A stretch of DNA of 60,207 bases from Bdellovibrionales bacterium (GCA_028283955.1 JANQSP010000055.1:1-60207), one strand, 5' to 3'. Positions 1 to 8,962 are shown, numbered from the stretch's first letter. Numbers and translations: made by a program. The notes: generated by a model from the sequence alone, not told the origin.

Positions 1-1
1 A

Positions 2-2998
2 ACAATAGGGCAAGAGAAGCAACTTATTCCAAGAAGAGATACACAGCAGGTTATTGAATTAAATCCTGATAAAGAAGTTGTGAAAAAAATCTTGTCGGAC
101 AGTCAGGATATTACAAACAAATATGTTGATTCAAAATGGCTTCGGCTAACATCAGGTTTCCCATTGATGGCCAAACTGCTTAAAGATTTAGGTCCTATTA
201 AATTACTTAAAGGTGATATTTCTACAATTAGAAAAAAAATGCTTTGGGGAATGGGTCAACTGCACAAAGAGGAAAGAATTATAGGGGAAAAGGTCATAAA
301 AGCTTGTTCCTTATTTGATACAGTTTGTATTTCCGATGATGACTGGAGGAAGAAAGGATGGATCATATCTAGTACGACTGTTAATAGAGGAGTAGAAGAG
401 GCAAAATATATAGCCGAAAAAGTATGTAAAGTGGATTATGACCAATTCTGTGCTAAGGTACAATATTTTAGGGAGAGAAAAATTATCCAACAACATGGTA
501 GGTTTATACAGGTTCGTCCAAAGCCTTTAGCAGGTGGGTTGGCTGCTAAATTGATTCAAGAAACTCCTCCAGAATCCTTAATAAAATGGCTTACTGGTAT
601 GAACTCTTATCAAATAGAAGGTGAATATTCTGTTTTAAATGGCCTACGAGAATCTTTTTGTAAACAATTTTCTTATCTAAGTTTATCTTCAGAAGATCAA
701 GATTTAGGAGAACCACTCTGTGGAGCAGAAGGTTTTTTTGGAAAAGAGAAAATACTAACTACACAATGGGGCTCTGCTTGTTTTTATCACCTCGCAGAGG
801 CAAGTCCTAAAACGGCTTTAAAAACTCTGAAGAGACTCTTTGGAAATAAAACTGTAGAAGAATTATCTAATCTCAGGGAACCTAGAAGAAATTTAGTACA
901 AACTCTGCAAAAACTTGCTGTCAGAAAAGAATTGTATCCAAGCTCTGCCCGATTACTTTTAAAATTTGCAGAGGCAGAAAATGAATATCATAATGGTCAG
1001 CCTATAAGTAATAACTCTACCGGTATTTTTATACATCACTTTCAAATACTTTTATCTGGAACAGAAGCAGAACCTGATATGAAATTTAAGATCATTGATG
1101 AAATAGAACAATCTGGTTCTATAACACAAAAAGAAATAGCTATAAAAGCACTTAAAGAAGCTTTACCGAAGCAGAGTGCTACAGGTTTTTCTGATAGTGT
1201 AATGCAAACTACGAAAGGCGAGCGAATTCAGGATTGGAAACCTAAAACCTATGGAGAGTCCTGGGATTATTTCCGAAAAGCCCTTGAATATCTCGTTAAA
1301 TTCGCCACAAAAGATGAGAATAAGGAGATTCAAAATAATGCAAAAACAGTAATTGCGCAGAACCTAAGTTCTCTTCTTATAATAAACAATTTACATAATG
1401 ATATGGATAAAGCTGTTCAATCTGTTATTTCAGTTCATGGTACATATTGGCCTGAAGCCATCCGTAACTTAGGGTGGTTTATTAAATATAAATCAAAAAC
1501 AACAACAAAAGAAAATATAGAAAAAGCGAACGAAATGCTGAAAATATTACAACCAAAAAAAGAAGATATAAACAAGCGATTGAAGCTTTATGTGAAAGAA
1601 GACAGTGATTTATATGACCTGGACAAATCTAAGAATAAAAATATGCCAAATAGATATAACACGCAGTTTAAAAGTCTTATTGAAGATTTTAAAAATTATT
1701 TAGAAAATGTGGACGAAGATAAAATAGTTTCTATCTTTCACCTTTTGTTTCATGGAAAACAGAGTAACACTATCCCCTTTGCAAGAGAAGTTTCTCAAAA
1801 ATTAGAGAATCCGGTGAAATTAGCTACTCTATTACTTGGTCTTATAAAAGAATGGAAAAAAAATGCAGATTTTAACCCTTCTTTTCTAAGTGGTTTTTTA
1901 GACGGGTTAAATAAAAATAATCCAGATACAATACAGAAGATTTTAGACAATATATCAAATGATAATCATTTAGCAGATTTAATTTTACCTGCTTACTGGA
2001 GCTTGAGACTACAGGACCAAGATATAAAAAGGCTAATAGAGGTTATAAATAATAAATCGGTGAAAATAAATGCCAGTGAGTTAAAGTATTTATCTACAGC
2101 GCAGAAATGCCAGTCTGTTAGTGTAGAAGTAATGGAAAAATTAATCAGTATTCTCACAGACAAAAATATAGAGTTCTCCTGGTCTGCTTTACATATATAC
2201 AGTTATTATATTGATTCTAAACCTGAAAAAAAAGAGGAGTTACTTCACACCCTCTACAGGTTACTGACAAGAAAAAAATTATTAACTCAGGATAAAAAAA
2301 GATATGATACTATGAATGGTCACTTTTACAAAAAAGCAGTAAGTGATGTTTTAGACTCTACTTATGGAAAACGATTTTCGGAGATTTTTACTTCTGAGGT
2401 TCTAAGTTCTAAATTATCTCTATTTGAGTTTCCAATTGACGACTACTATATAAAAGAGTGTTTTAAAAAAGTTATGGAAAAATATCCTGACACAGTTATA
2501 TCTGAAGTAATAAACTGTGATCCAAATAATTTTAATATGCAATGTATTTTTGAAAATATCCTTGGAAGTAAAAATTCTTTAGGTGGAGGAGGGGATATTT
2601 TTAATACAAATTCTTCGTGTATTTTAAATGAACAGCAGCTTAAAAAATGGTGTGAAAAAGCACCTGATAAAGTTCCTGCTTTTTTAGCTAGAAATATGGA
2701 TTTATTTTCGAAAGAGGAGAAACAATGGTCATGGTCTTCTTTTGCCTTATTTTTATTTGATAAATATGGAGATAGAGAAAATGTTACAAGAGCTATTACA
2801 ATGAATCTTAGTAGTTTCCAATGGGCTGGAGATATATTAAAATATTTCGAGCGAATAAAAACAGCAGTAGAAGGATTACAAAATCATAAACATAAAAATG
2901 TGCGTGAGTTTTGTGAAAAAGAAATTGAATTCTTAGAAGAAAGAATAAAGCAAGAAAAACGAATGCAAAAGGAGAGAGAAGAGTTTGGAGTATGGTGA
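2..2998 (+). CDS. Large helical-repeat protein, 5'-truncated by the window; probably the C-terminal part of a STAND-like ATPase/sensor protein (possible defence gene)
   Basis: Frame is open from base 2 through the track ORF 80..2998. Segments SGFPLMAKLL..LWG, IIQQHGRFIQVRPKPLA and the C-terminal FQWAG..L.NHKHKNVREFC resemble large island ATPase proteins. The P-loop is not inside the window. AT-rich. Confidence 0.5.
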   Translation, partial: TIGQEKQLIPRRDTQQVIELNPDKEVVKKILSDSQDITNKYVDSKWLRLTSGFPLMAKLLKDLGPIKLLKGDISTIRKKMLWGMGQLHKEERIIGEKVIKACSLFDTVCISDDDWRKKGWIISSTTVNRGVEEAKYIAEKVCKVDYDQFCAKVQYFRERKIIQQHGRFIQVRPKPLAGGLAAKLIQETPPESLIKWLTGMNSYQIEGEYSVLNGLRESFCKQFSYLSLSSEDQDLGEPLCGAEGFFGKEKILTTQWGSACFYHLAEASPKTALKTLKRLFGNKTVEELSNLREPRRNLVQTLQKLAVRKELYPSSARLLLKFAEAENEYHNGQPISNNSTGIFIHHFQILLSGTEAEPDMKFKIIDEIEQSGSITQKEIAIKALKEALPKQSATGFSDSVMQTTKGERIQDWKPKTYGESWDYFRKALEYLVKFATKDENKEIQNNAKTVIAQNLSSLLIINNLHNDMDKAVQSVISVHGTYWPEAIRNLGWFIKYKSKTTTKENIEKANEMLKILQPKKEDINKRLKLYVKEDSDLYDLDKSKNKNMPNRYNTQFKSLIEDFKNYLENVDEDKIVSIFHLLFHGKQSNTIPFAREVSQKLENPVKLATLLLGLIKEWKKNADFNPSFLSGFLDGLNKNNPDTIQKILDNISNDNHLADLILPAYWSLRLQDQDIKRLIEVINNKSVKINASELKYLSTAQKCQSVSVEVMEKLISILTDKNIEFSWSALHIYSYYIDSKPEKKEELLHTLYRLLTRKKLLTQDKKRYDTMNGHFYKKAVSDVLDSTYGKRFSEIFTSEVLSSKLSLFEFPIDDYYIKECFKKVMEKYPDTVISEVINCDPNNFNMQCIFENILGSKNSLGGGGDIFNTNSSCILNEQQLKKWCEKAPDKVPAFLARNMDLFSKEEKQWSWSSFALFLFDKYGDRENVTRAITMNLSSFQWAGDILKYFERIKTAVEGLQNHKHKNVREFCEKEIEFLEERIKQEKRMQKEREEFGVW

Positions 2999-3846
2999 AT
3001 AAAGTAACTAAATCAAAAATGAAAAAAATTTTTAAAAAGCATCCAATATTATCTACAATTTGTTGTTTTCTATCCCTTCTTTGCTTTGTCCATTTGCTCC
3101 CTCTGGAGCATGAGTTTATAACTGGTTTTAAAGTTAATTGGGATAATTATATTTCTTATTTATACAGCGTTATGTTGACAACCGATATTGCTTTGATTGT
3201 TTATTTATTCGTAGATACAGAAACAGATGACAAATTGAAAAAAATAAAGGATACCGAGAAGAATATACAAAAAAATACTGAACAAATAGGTGAAATAACT
3301 AAAATGGTGCAAAATGATGTTAATAAAATGGAAGAAAATGTTCAAAAAATATCAGAAATTCAGAATAAAATTGCTCTTGAAACAGAGAAAAATCGCCTTA
3401 TAAATTTTGCTCAGCATTCTTCCTTGCCTGAGGAAAATAAGCGTTTTTTTAGAAGTAATATAAAATCTATTTTTCATGAATCGAAATATAATTTCAGGCA
3501 AATAGACCAAGATAATAATACTTTAGATTATTTTACAATTATTTTCATAAGAAAAAATAACGGATTACCAAAAGTATTTTATCCATTTGGCAGAGTGCAT
3601 GAGTTTCCTTATTTTTGTGTACATGTGATTGACAAAAAACCTTCTTTGGAAAATGGAGACAGTGGAGTGCAGCTGGATTTACATTATTATTTAAGTTATG
3701 ATTTTTCTGATAAAACTTGGCGTATTGCTGAACAATACCCTATAGAAGGTTCCCATATGAATAAAAGTTTCAAAATTATTTTTTCTGGTACCAATTACAT
3801 TGGAAAAGGTGGTCCATCCGCAGAAGAATTTTGTAAAAACTGTTAA
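2992..3846 (+). CDS. Hypothetical membrane protein (two N-terminal TM segments, coiled coil, soluble C-terminal domain)
   Basis: 284-aa ORF overlapping the upstream stop. Hydrophobic ILSTICCFLSLLCFV and YLYSVMLTTDIALIVYLFV segments are followed by a heptad K/E/Q-rich stretch. Confidence 0.6.
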   Translation: MVNKVTKSKMKKIFKKHPILSTICCFLSLLCFVHLLPLEHEFITGFKVNWDNYISYLYSVMLTTDIALIVYLFVDTETDDKLKKIKDTEKNIQKNTEQIGEITKMVQNDVNKMEENVQKISEIQNKIALETEKNRLINFAQHSSLPEENKRFFRSNIKSIFHESKYNFRQIDQDNNTLDYFTIIFIRKNNGLPKVFYPFGRVHEFPYFCVHVIDKKPSLENGDSGVQLDLHYYLSYDFSDKTWRIAEQYPIEGSHMNKSFKIIFSGTNYIGKGGPSAEEFCKNC

Positions 3847-4004
3847 AGTTTACTAGTTTCACTTAAGAGAAAAGTCTTTAACTTAATCCCTGAGCACTTA
3901 AGAAAACCAGCCTCACAGAAGAAAAAGCGAGAATGTTTCCAGCGGGAAGGGTGGACAGTGTGTAACAAGAAAGAGTTAAAAGTACACTCTAAAAAACAAA
4001 TAAA

Positions 4005-4251
4005 TGGCGGAGAGAGAGGGATTCGCCTACTACGTTCGTTCGCATCACGCTCACTCACTGCGCAGGCCCCCCTCAGTCGCTCAGAAAATCATCCAGATTT
4101 TCTGCCCTGTATTGTCTGCTCCCATAAGGTCGCAGGCAACACAGGTCTCTCCTTTTACTTCTTTGGAGAGAGAGGGAAAACGAAGCCTCGAGACGGTTTC
4201 CCGCCTACACGCTTTCCAAGCGTGCGCCTTCAGCCACTCGGCCACCTCTCC
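4005..4251 (-). tRNA. tRNA-Ser(GGA) interrupted in the T-loop by a 157-nt insertion
   Basis: Minus strand 4251-4181 reads GGAGAGGTGGCCGAGTGGCTGAAGGCG-CACGC-TTGGAAA-GCGTG, then the long variable arm TAGGCGGGAAACCGTCTC, then GAGGCTTCG. The 3' end AATCCCTCTCTCTCCGCCA lies at 4023-4005. Functionality is uncertain. Confidence 0.85.
4024..4180 (-). other. Structured intervening sequence within tRNA-Ser (intron-like RNA or miniature integrated element)
   Basis: Helices at 4171-4165/4152-4146, 4145-4132/4119-4106, 4104-4096/4090-4082, 4178-4172/4074-4068 and 4067-4062/4030-4025. A 13-nt direct repeat GGAGAGAGAGGGA occurs at 4009-4021 and 4165-4177. Confidence 0.75.
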
Positions 4252-4266
4252 TTATTTTAAACTTTA

Positions 4267-4321
4267 TCCCGCCTACACGCTTTCCAATGCCTGCGGATTT
4301 CAGCCGCTCGGCCACCTCTCC
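4267..4321 (-). pseudogene. Degenerate tandem duplicate of the 5' half of tRNA-Ser(GGA)
   Basis: GGAGAGGTGGCCGAGCGGCTGAAATCCGCAGGCATTGGAAAGCGTGTAGGCGGGA. 4267-4287 is identical to 4199-4219. The D-arm/anticodon-stem region is mutated and there is no T arm. Confidence 0.8.
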
Positions 4322-4341
4322 TATATTTTCCTAGACACATT

Positions 4342-5865
4342 TTACTTTTTATAAAATTCCTGCATTTGTGACTTGAACATCTGTCGTGAATGCTTCCAGG
4401 TGTAAAACATATGTCCTCCATGAAACACCTTAAAGGAAATTTGCTGTTTTAATTCTTCCGGAAGATTCATAGACTGCACCACCCGCTCAGAAGAAAAATA
4501 AGGGGTCGCCAGATCAAATATCCCATGACAGATAAATACCTTCATCTTCGGATTCATGGACATAGCATAACGAAGATCATCCGTGGCCCCTATTTGCAAA
4601 TCGAAAAAATGATCCCGCTTATCCTGCTTCCAACTTTTATTCACCTCTATATTTATAAGACGATATTGCCTGTCACAATCCAATTCCAGATGCTCCCTCA
4701 ATAAAGTATTAATCCCATGACTGAAAGCATGTTCAGTACCGGATAAACCGGGGTCAGGTCCTTCAAATTCATTCCGATGGGGAAAAGGATCATAAGTGGT
4801 AATGGAAGTGTCATACATGCCACACCACTTTCTTTCATTCTGTAAGAGCAGACGGCAAAACTGCCAAATCTGAAGTCGGCCATTTCCCTTTCTCATCCTC
4901 TCAAAAGGCACGCCTATAAATTTCACCACCTTTTGTAAAATGGCTTTTCTTTTCTCCTCATCCATTCTTTCACCCTGGACGAGCAGACAGTTCATCTCAT
5001 TAAGTGCAAAGTCCTCCGCCTCCTTCAAGAAAGACCGTAAATCCGATCCCAAATTCATACCCTGTTCCCGACCGGCAAAATAAGGAGACTTTTGATGATG
5101 AACCGCTGAAGCCACCATGGTGGGAAAAGACTCAATCCAACCAAGAACATCGTAATCACTACCGGTAAAAGTATTGAGTTCCAGACAGGGGGAAATCAAT
5201 ATCACACCGGATAAACCCACTCCATAATCCTCCTGAAGTTTTCGCGAGAGCTTGGCTACACGAAAACCTCCGTAACTTTCTCCGGCAATAAACACAGAAG
5301 AAGACCAACGGCGGTACTTTGATAAAAATCTCCCTATAAATTCCCCTATTGTTTCCAGGTCTCGATTCATTTTGTAAAACTCCTGGCCGAACGCTTTCTC
5401 TTTTTTATCCTTCTCACCGGGAGGGGTTAAATCCACCTCTTCCAAAGAACGACTAAACCCTGTACCCACCGGGTCCACAAACACCAAATCAGTAAAATCA
5501 AGCCAGCTCTCTGTATTGTCTTTTAAATGGGCCGGAGGAGGTAAACACTCTCCTGTGTCACCAAAAGTGATTGTCTTTGGCCCCATTGTTCCTACATGTA
5601 AATAAGCGGAAGAAGCCCCAGGACCACCATTGAAAACAAAAGTGACAGGCCGGGAAGACCCCGTCTCCTTACAACAATAGTAGGTATAAAAAATGTCCGC
5701 TATAGGCTTTTCTTTTTTGCGGATAGGAAGCCACTGCGCTTCGACGGAACAATCGACACGCTTCCCTTCCAACTTCCAGGACCATATTTTTTTTTGTCCT
5801 TTAGGTGGCTGATAAACCTTTTCTTTGTTTTCAGACGACTCTTTCTTTTTTTCCTCTTTACTCAC
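4342..5865 (-). CDS. Peptidase S10 family serine carboxypeptidase
   Basis: Motifs FNGGPGASS, DLVFVDPVGTGFS, GESYGG (catalytic Ser), DLATP and GGHMFY (His). Confidence 0.92.
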   Translation of the reverse strand: MSKEEKKKESSENKEKVYQPPKGQKKIWSWKLEGKRVDCSVEAQWLPIRKKEKPIADIFYTYYCCKETGSSRPVTFVFNGGPGASSAYLHVGTMGPKTITFGDTGECLPPPAHLKDNTESWLDFTDLVFVDPVGTGFSRSLEEVDLTPPGEKDKKEKAFGQEFYKMNRDLETIGEFIGRFLSKYRRWSSSVFIAGESYGGFRVAKLSRKLQEDYGVGLSGVILISPCLELNTFTGSDYDVLGWIESFPTMVASAVHHQKSPYFAGREQGMNLGSDLRSFLKEAEDFALNEMNCLLVQGERMDEEKRKAILQKVVKFIGVPFERMRKGNGRLQIWQFCRLLLQNERKWCGMYDTSITTYDPFPHRNEFEGPDPGLSGTEHAFSHGINTLLREHLELDCDRQYRLINIEVNKSWKQDKRDHFFDLQIGATDDLRYAMSMNPKMKVFICHGIFDLATPYFSSERVVQSMNLPEELKQQISFKVFHGGHMFYTWKHSRQMFKSQMQEFYKK

Positions 5866-6000
5866 TTTTTATACCCTCATCTGTTAAACTTTTAAACAAT
5901 CCACAAAAACACTCTAACATATCTTTACTTGATAAAAATTTACTTATATACTGAATAACAAGCTTTATACTATATAATCCAAACACAGGAAAAACAAATC

Positions 6001-6618
6001 ATGAACACAAAAAATAATAAGGAAATAATTGAAGATCAGGTAAATATATGGAATCAGGCCGCCTCCTCCGCACTTGCAGACGGACAAATTGATCCGGAAG
6101 AAATGGAAAAACTGAGAAGCTCTCTTAAAAATCTTCCTTTTGAGCTAACAGCAAAAAACAAAAAGGAAATGACAGAAAGTCATTTGAATATGTGGAAGCT
6201 CGTGGCTTCGGCTGTCCATGCCGATGGACGGGTTGATCCGGAAGAAATACAAATGGTTAAAAAGTATATTGAAGAGCTGCATTTCGATGCCAGACAAAAA
6301 GAAATAATAAAAAATGAGCTTAGGTCCCCTACTCCCCCTGAACAAATTCTACCCAAAATCACCGACCCGGGAGACAGAAGCCAAAGTCTTTACTTCGTGA
6401 GACTTTTGTTATGGAAAGACAACAAGCTCACAGATACAGAACAGGCTTTTTTAAAAAAAGTCAGTGATTACTTAATGCAGTTTGCTGACATACAGGAGCT
6501 TAGTCACCAATTGGAACTATCAAAACAAAAAACATCAATGACAGAAGCACTTCTCTACTCTATGAAAAGCTCTGTAGTCCAGTTTTTAAAAAGATTTACG
6601 TTCTTTTTCAAAGAATAG
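6001..6618 (+). CDS. TerB-like/DUF533-type protein with an N-terminal 48-aa tandem duplication
   Basis: A.ADG.IDPEE motif occurs twice, and the C-terminal half has D..L...E..FL, typical of the TerB fold. Confidence 0.7.
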   Translation: MNTKNNKEIIEDQVNIWNQAASSALADGQIDPEEMEKLRSSLKNLPFELTAKNKKEMTESHLNMWKLVASAVHADGRVDPEEIQMVKKYIEELHFDARQKEIIKNELRSPTPPEQILPKITDPGDRSQSLYFVRLLLWKDNKLTDTEQAFLKKVSDYLMQFADIQELSHQLELSKQKTSMTEALLYSMKSSVVQFLKRFTFFFKE

Positions 6619-6634
6619 GCCACTGTCACTCTTC

Positions 6635-7702
6635 TTACTGAGCCATTGCCTTTTCAGGCTTACTATTGTCTTTTAACATTTTAAATTGTTTACACTCCTC
6701 GGGAAAATGACTCTCTTTTTCCAATTTCCTTAAAAGACTGAAGGCCAACACCTTTCCAAATGAGGGTTTGCATATATCAAATACATAACCACCTGAGCCT
6801 TTTGCAAAACTTATAAGTTCAGTTGGTGACTGATCAACTATAGAAGTGGCATTTGAAAAGTCAACTAACAGATAGGAGGCCAACACAACCAAAGGATTCA
6901 TGGTAACAGCACCATACAAACCACCTGCTTTTCCTACATATTTTACACCATTAGAAATAAAACCACTGGACTGATCAACACAATCATCCCTTGTATTGGA
7001 ACCTGTCACAACCAGTCCTATAAAGTTATCCTCTGTATAATGTTCATAAACGGAAGCCAGAGCCCCTTGAGCATCAGTAATGTCACTGGAAAACATGCCA
7101 CTTGATTCATCTTTTGATGATATAACTATAACCGCAAATGCAGAACCCTCTCTTAAAAAAGACCCTTCCCTGCCTGCCTGCCTATGCATAAATGATTTTA
7201 CCGCACTAAGAGGTTTTATCGCTCCATCACTGCAATAGGGGGGAAAAGAACATCCTGATTTTAAGGAAACCGTATCGGAAAATACCTGTTCATAATTTGC
7301 AGTATCAGAAGTAATAAACTTTTGAGTGGAAATTTGTCCGGATACCTCTGTATTGACTAAAACTCCAAGCGAACTTTCCGAGCTTCCCTTCACACCAGGT
7401 ATAACCCCCACTTTCCAATCAACCGCTTCCACACACTTTAAAAATTGATTTAAATTGGATGTCACTCGGGAATTTAAATCCTGCCCATCTGAAGAATTAT
7501 CCAGGGTAATAAGAATATCCATCGATTTTTTTTCCAACCATCCTATATCACCATTTTGTCTACAGTCCCTGGTTCCATCTTCCACACAATTGTAGGAAGA
7601 CATATATAGCTCAGAACAGTTAAAAAAAAATATACAACCCGCTACAATGGCAAGTGTAGCAAGACGACTCTGTTTTGTAATTAGAAAATTATTCAGCCTC
7701 AT
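6635..7702 (-). CDS. Lipoprotein with vWA-like domain
   Basis: Signal peptide ending IFFFNC. DILITLDNSSD is a degenerate MIDAS-like strand, followed by DWKVGVI and FLREGSAFAVIVISSKDE. Confidence 0.6.
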   Translation of the reverse strand: MRLNNFLITKQSRLATLAIVAGCIFFFNCSELYMSSYNCVEDGTRDCRQNGDIGWLEKKSMDILITLDNSSDGQDLNSRVTSNLNQFLKCVEAVDWKVGVIPGVKGSSESSLGVLVNTEVSGQISTQKFITSDTANYEQVFSDTVSLKSGCSFPPYCSDGAIKPLSAVKSFMHRQAGREGSFLREGSAFAVIVISSKDESSGMFSSDITDAQGALASVYEHYTEDNFIGLVVTGSNTRDDCVDQSSGFISNGVKYVGKAGGLYGAVTMNPLVVLASYLLVDFSNATSIVDQSPTELISFAKGSGGYVFDICKPSFGKVLAFSLLRKLEKESHFPEECKQFKMLKDNSKPEKAMAQ

Positions 7703-7792
7703 ACCTCTTTTATCTCGGAAAAAGAAGTATGAAAATTGAAATATTAGACTCCGGTATAGACTTTCATCCAGTTGTAAAACAATCTATCCAAA

Positions 7793-8962
7793 TTACATCC
7801 CCAACTGTATCTTATAAAGCCAACCGACATTAGAGATAAAGTACAGCTCCGCAGTTGCTTTTGACACGACAGGCGGGGCGGACATCCCGCTCCCAAAAGG
7901 AAAGGAATGCAGCTCTTCCCCGGTACTCTTGGAGATAAAACGCAAGGCACCCGTATACTCTCCATAAATTAAAATACCCTTATACAATACAGGAGAAGTA
8001 GCTATAGATTCAGGAACATCGTGACTCCAAATCTGTTTTCCTGACTTTTGATCCAAAGCCAATACCTGTCCATTATGAGTGGAATAAAAAAGCCGGGAAC
8101 CATCAAGAAGTAAATCCCCATACGATCCGACGTCGGTTTTCCATATCACTTTTCCGGTTTTTTTATTTAAACAATAAACCCCCGATTCCAAACTGGAGGA
8201 ATATAAACACGCTTTCCCTATAACCGGTGAGGAAAAAGCAGTGGTAAATCGATTACCCGAATTAGATAATGTATGCTTCCATTTCAAACGTCCTTTAAAA
8301 TTCAAAGCAATAAGAGATCCATCACTAACTTTAAAATATATAAGATCATCTCCAACAAGAGGAGCCGCCACACCTTCAACTGTAAATTCCGCCGGTTTTA
8401 TCTGGGTAGAATAAGTCCAGATATTTTCACCTGTTTTCACATTTAAACAATAAATTTTATCAGCGGAAGCAAAATATAAATTCAACCCCCTTAATACCGG
8501 CGCACTGATACCAGTCAGGCCGGTATAATACTTCCACAATACTTTGCCCGTTTTCAAATAAAGAGCATATATAAAACCATCAGATCCTCCAAAAAATACA
8601 AATTCACCTGAAACCAGGATATCCCCCGCAACACCTCCTTTAATCGAAAAAAACCACTTCCTCTTACCCTGTTCCGAAGTGTAAACACTGACCCCGTTCA
8701 CCTTATTTCCCTGAACCAGCAAACCTTTCCCGGTAAGCACAGGTTTTATAGACTGTAAAATAGAAGGACGAGTAAAATCTTTTGAAAAAGTTTCACGTAT
8801 CCAAACTTTTCTGGCTAAAACAGAAGGTGTTTTTCCCCTTATATAATGAGCCACTCCTCCTTTTGCTTTTTTATAATCCTGAAAGAATCGATTATCCGTC
8901 GGTTTCAGGTGCTGACAGGAAGTAAAAAACAAGAAAGCAAACAACAGATATATTATATACAT
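7793..8962 (-). CDS. bamB: BamB-like PQQ-repeat beta-propeller lipoprotein
   Basis: Lipobox FFTSC after the start at 8962 (MYIIY). Repeated YAL..KTGKVLW / YCL..KTG.VIW propeller motifs. Directly downstream of a yfgM-like gene. Confidence 0.75.
   Translation of the reverse strand: MYIIYLLFAFLFFTSCQHLKPTDNRFFQDYKKAKGGVAHYIRGKTPSVLARKVWIRETFSKDFTRPSILQSIKPVLTGKGLLVQGNKVNGVSVYTSEQGKRKWFFSIKGGVAGDILVSGEFVFFGGSDGFIYALYLKTGKVLWKYYTGLTGISAPVLRGLNLYFASADKIYCLNVKTGENIWTYSTQIKPAEFTVEGVAAPLVGDDLIYFKVSDGSLIALNFKGRLKWKHTLSNSGNRFTTAFSSPVIGKACLYSSSLESGVYCLNKKTGKVIWKTDVGSYGDLLLDGSRLFYSTHNGQVLALDQKSGKQIWSHDVPESIATSPVLYKGILIYGEYTGALRFISKSTGEELHSFPFGSGMSAPPVVSKATAELYFISNVGWLYKIQLGM

Noticed and set aside
4024-4182. 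Calling the insert a canonical group I or group II intron
   Set aside because: It is too short, has no P7'/P9, and lacks the group II GUGYG start and domain V. It is kept only as an intron-like hypothesis.
4199-4321. Direct repeats as a mini-CRISPR
   Set aside because: The repeats are tRNA sequence, there are only two units, and no cas genes are present.
3843-4354. Track ORFs 3843..4058, 3958..4260 and 4004..4354
   Set aside because: They are shadow translations of the tRNA-Ser locus and its palindromic insert (MAEREGF is the antisense of a tRNA 3' end).
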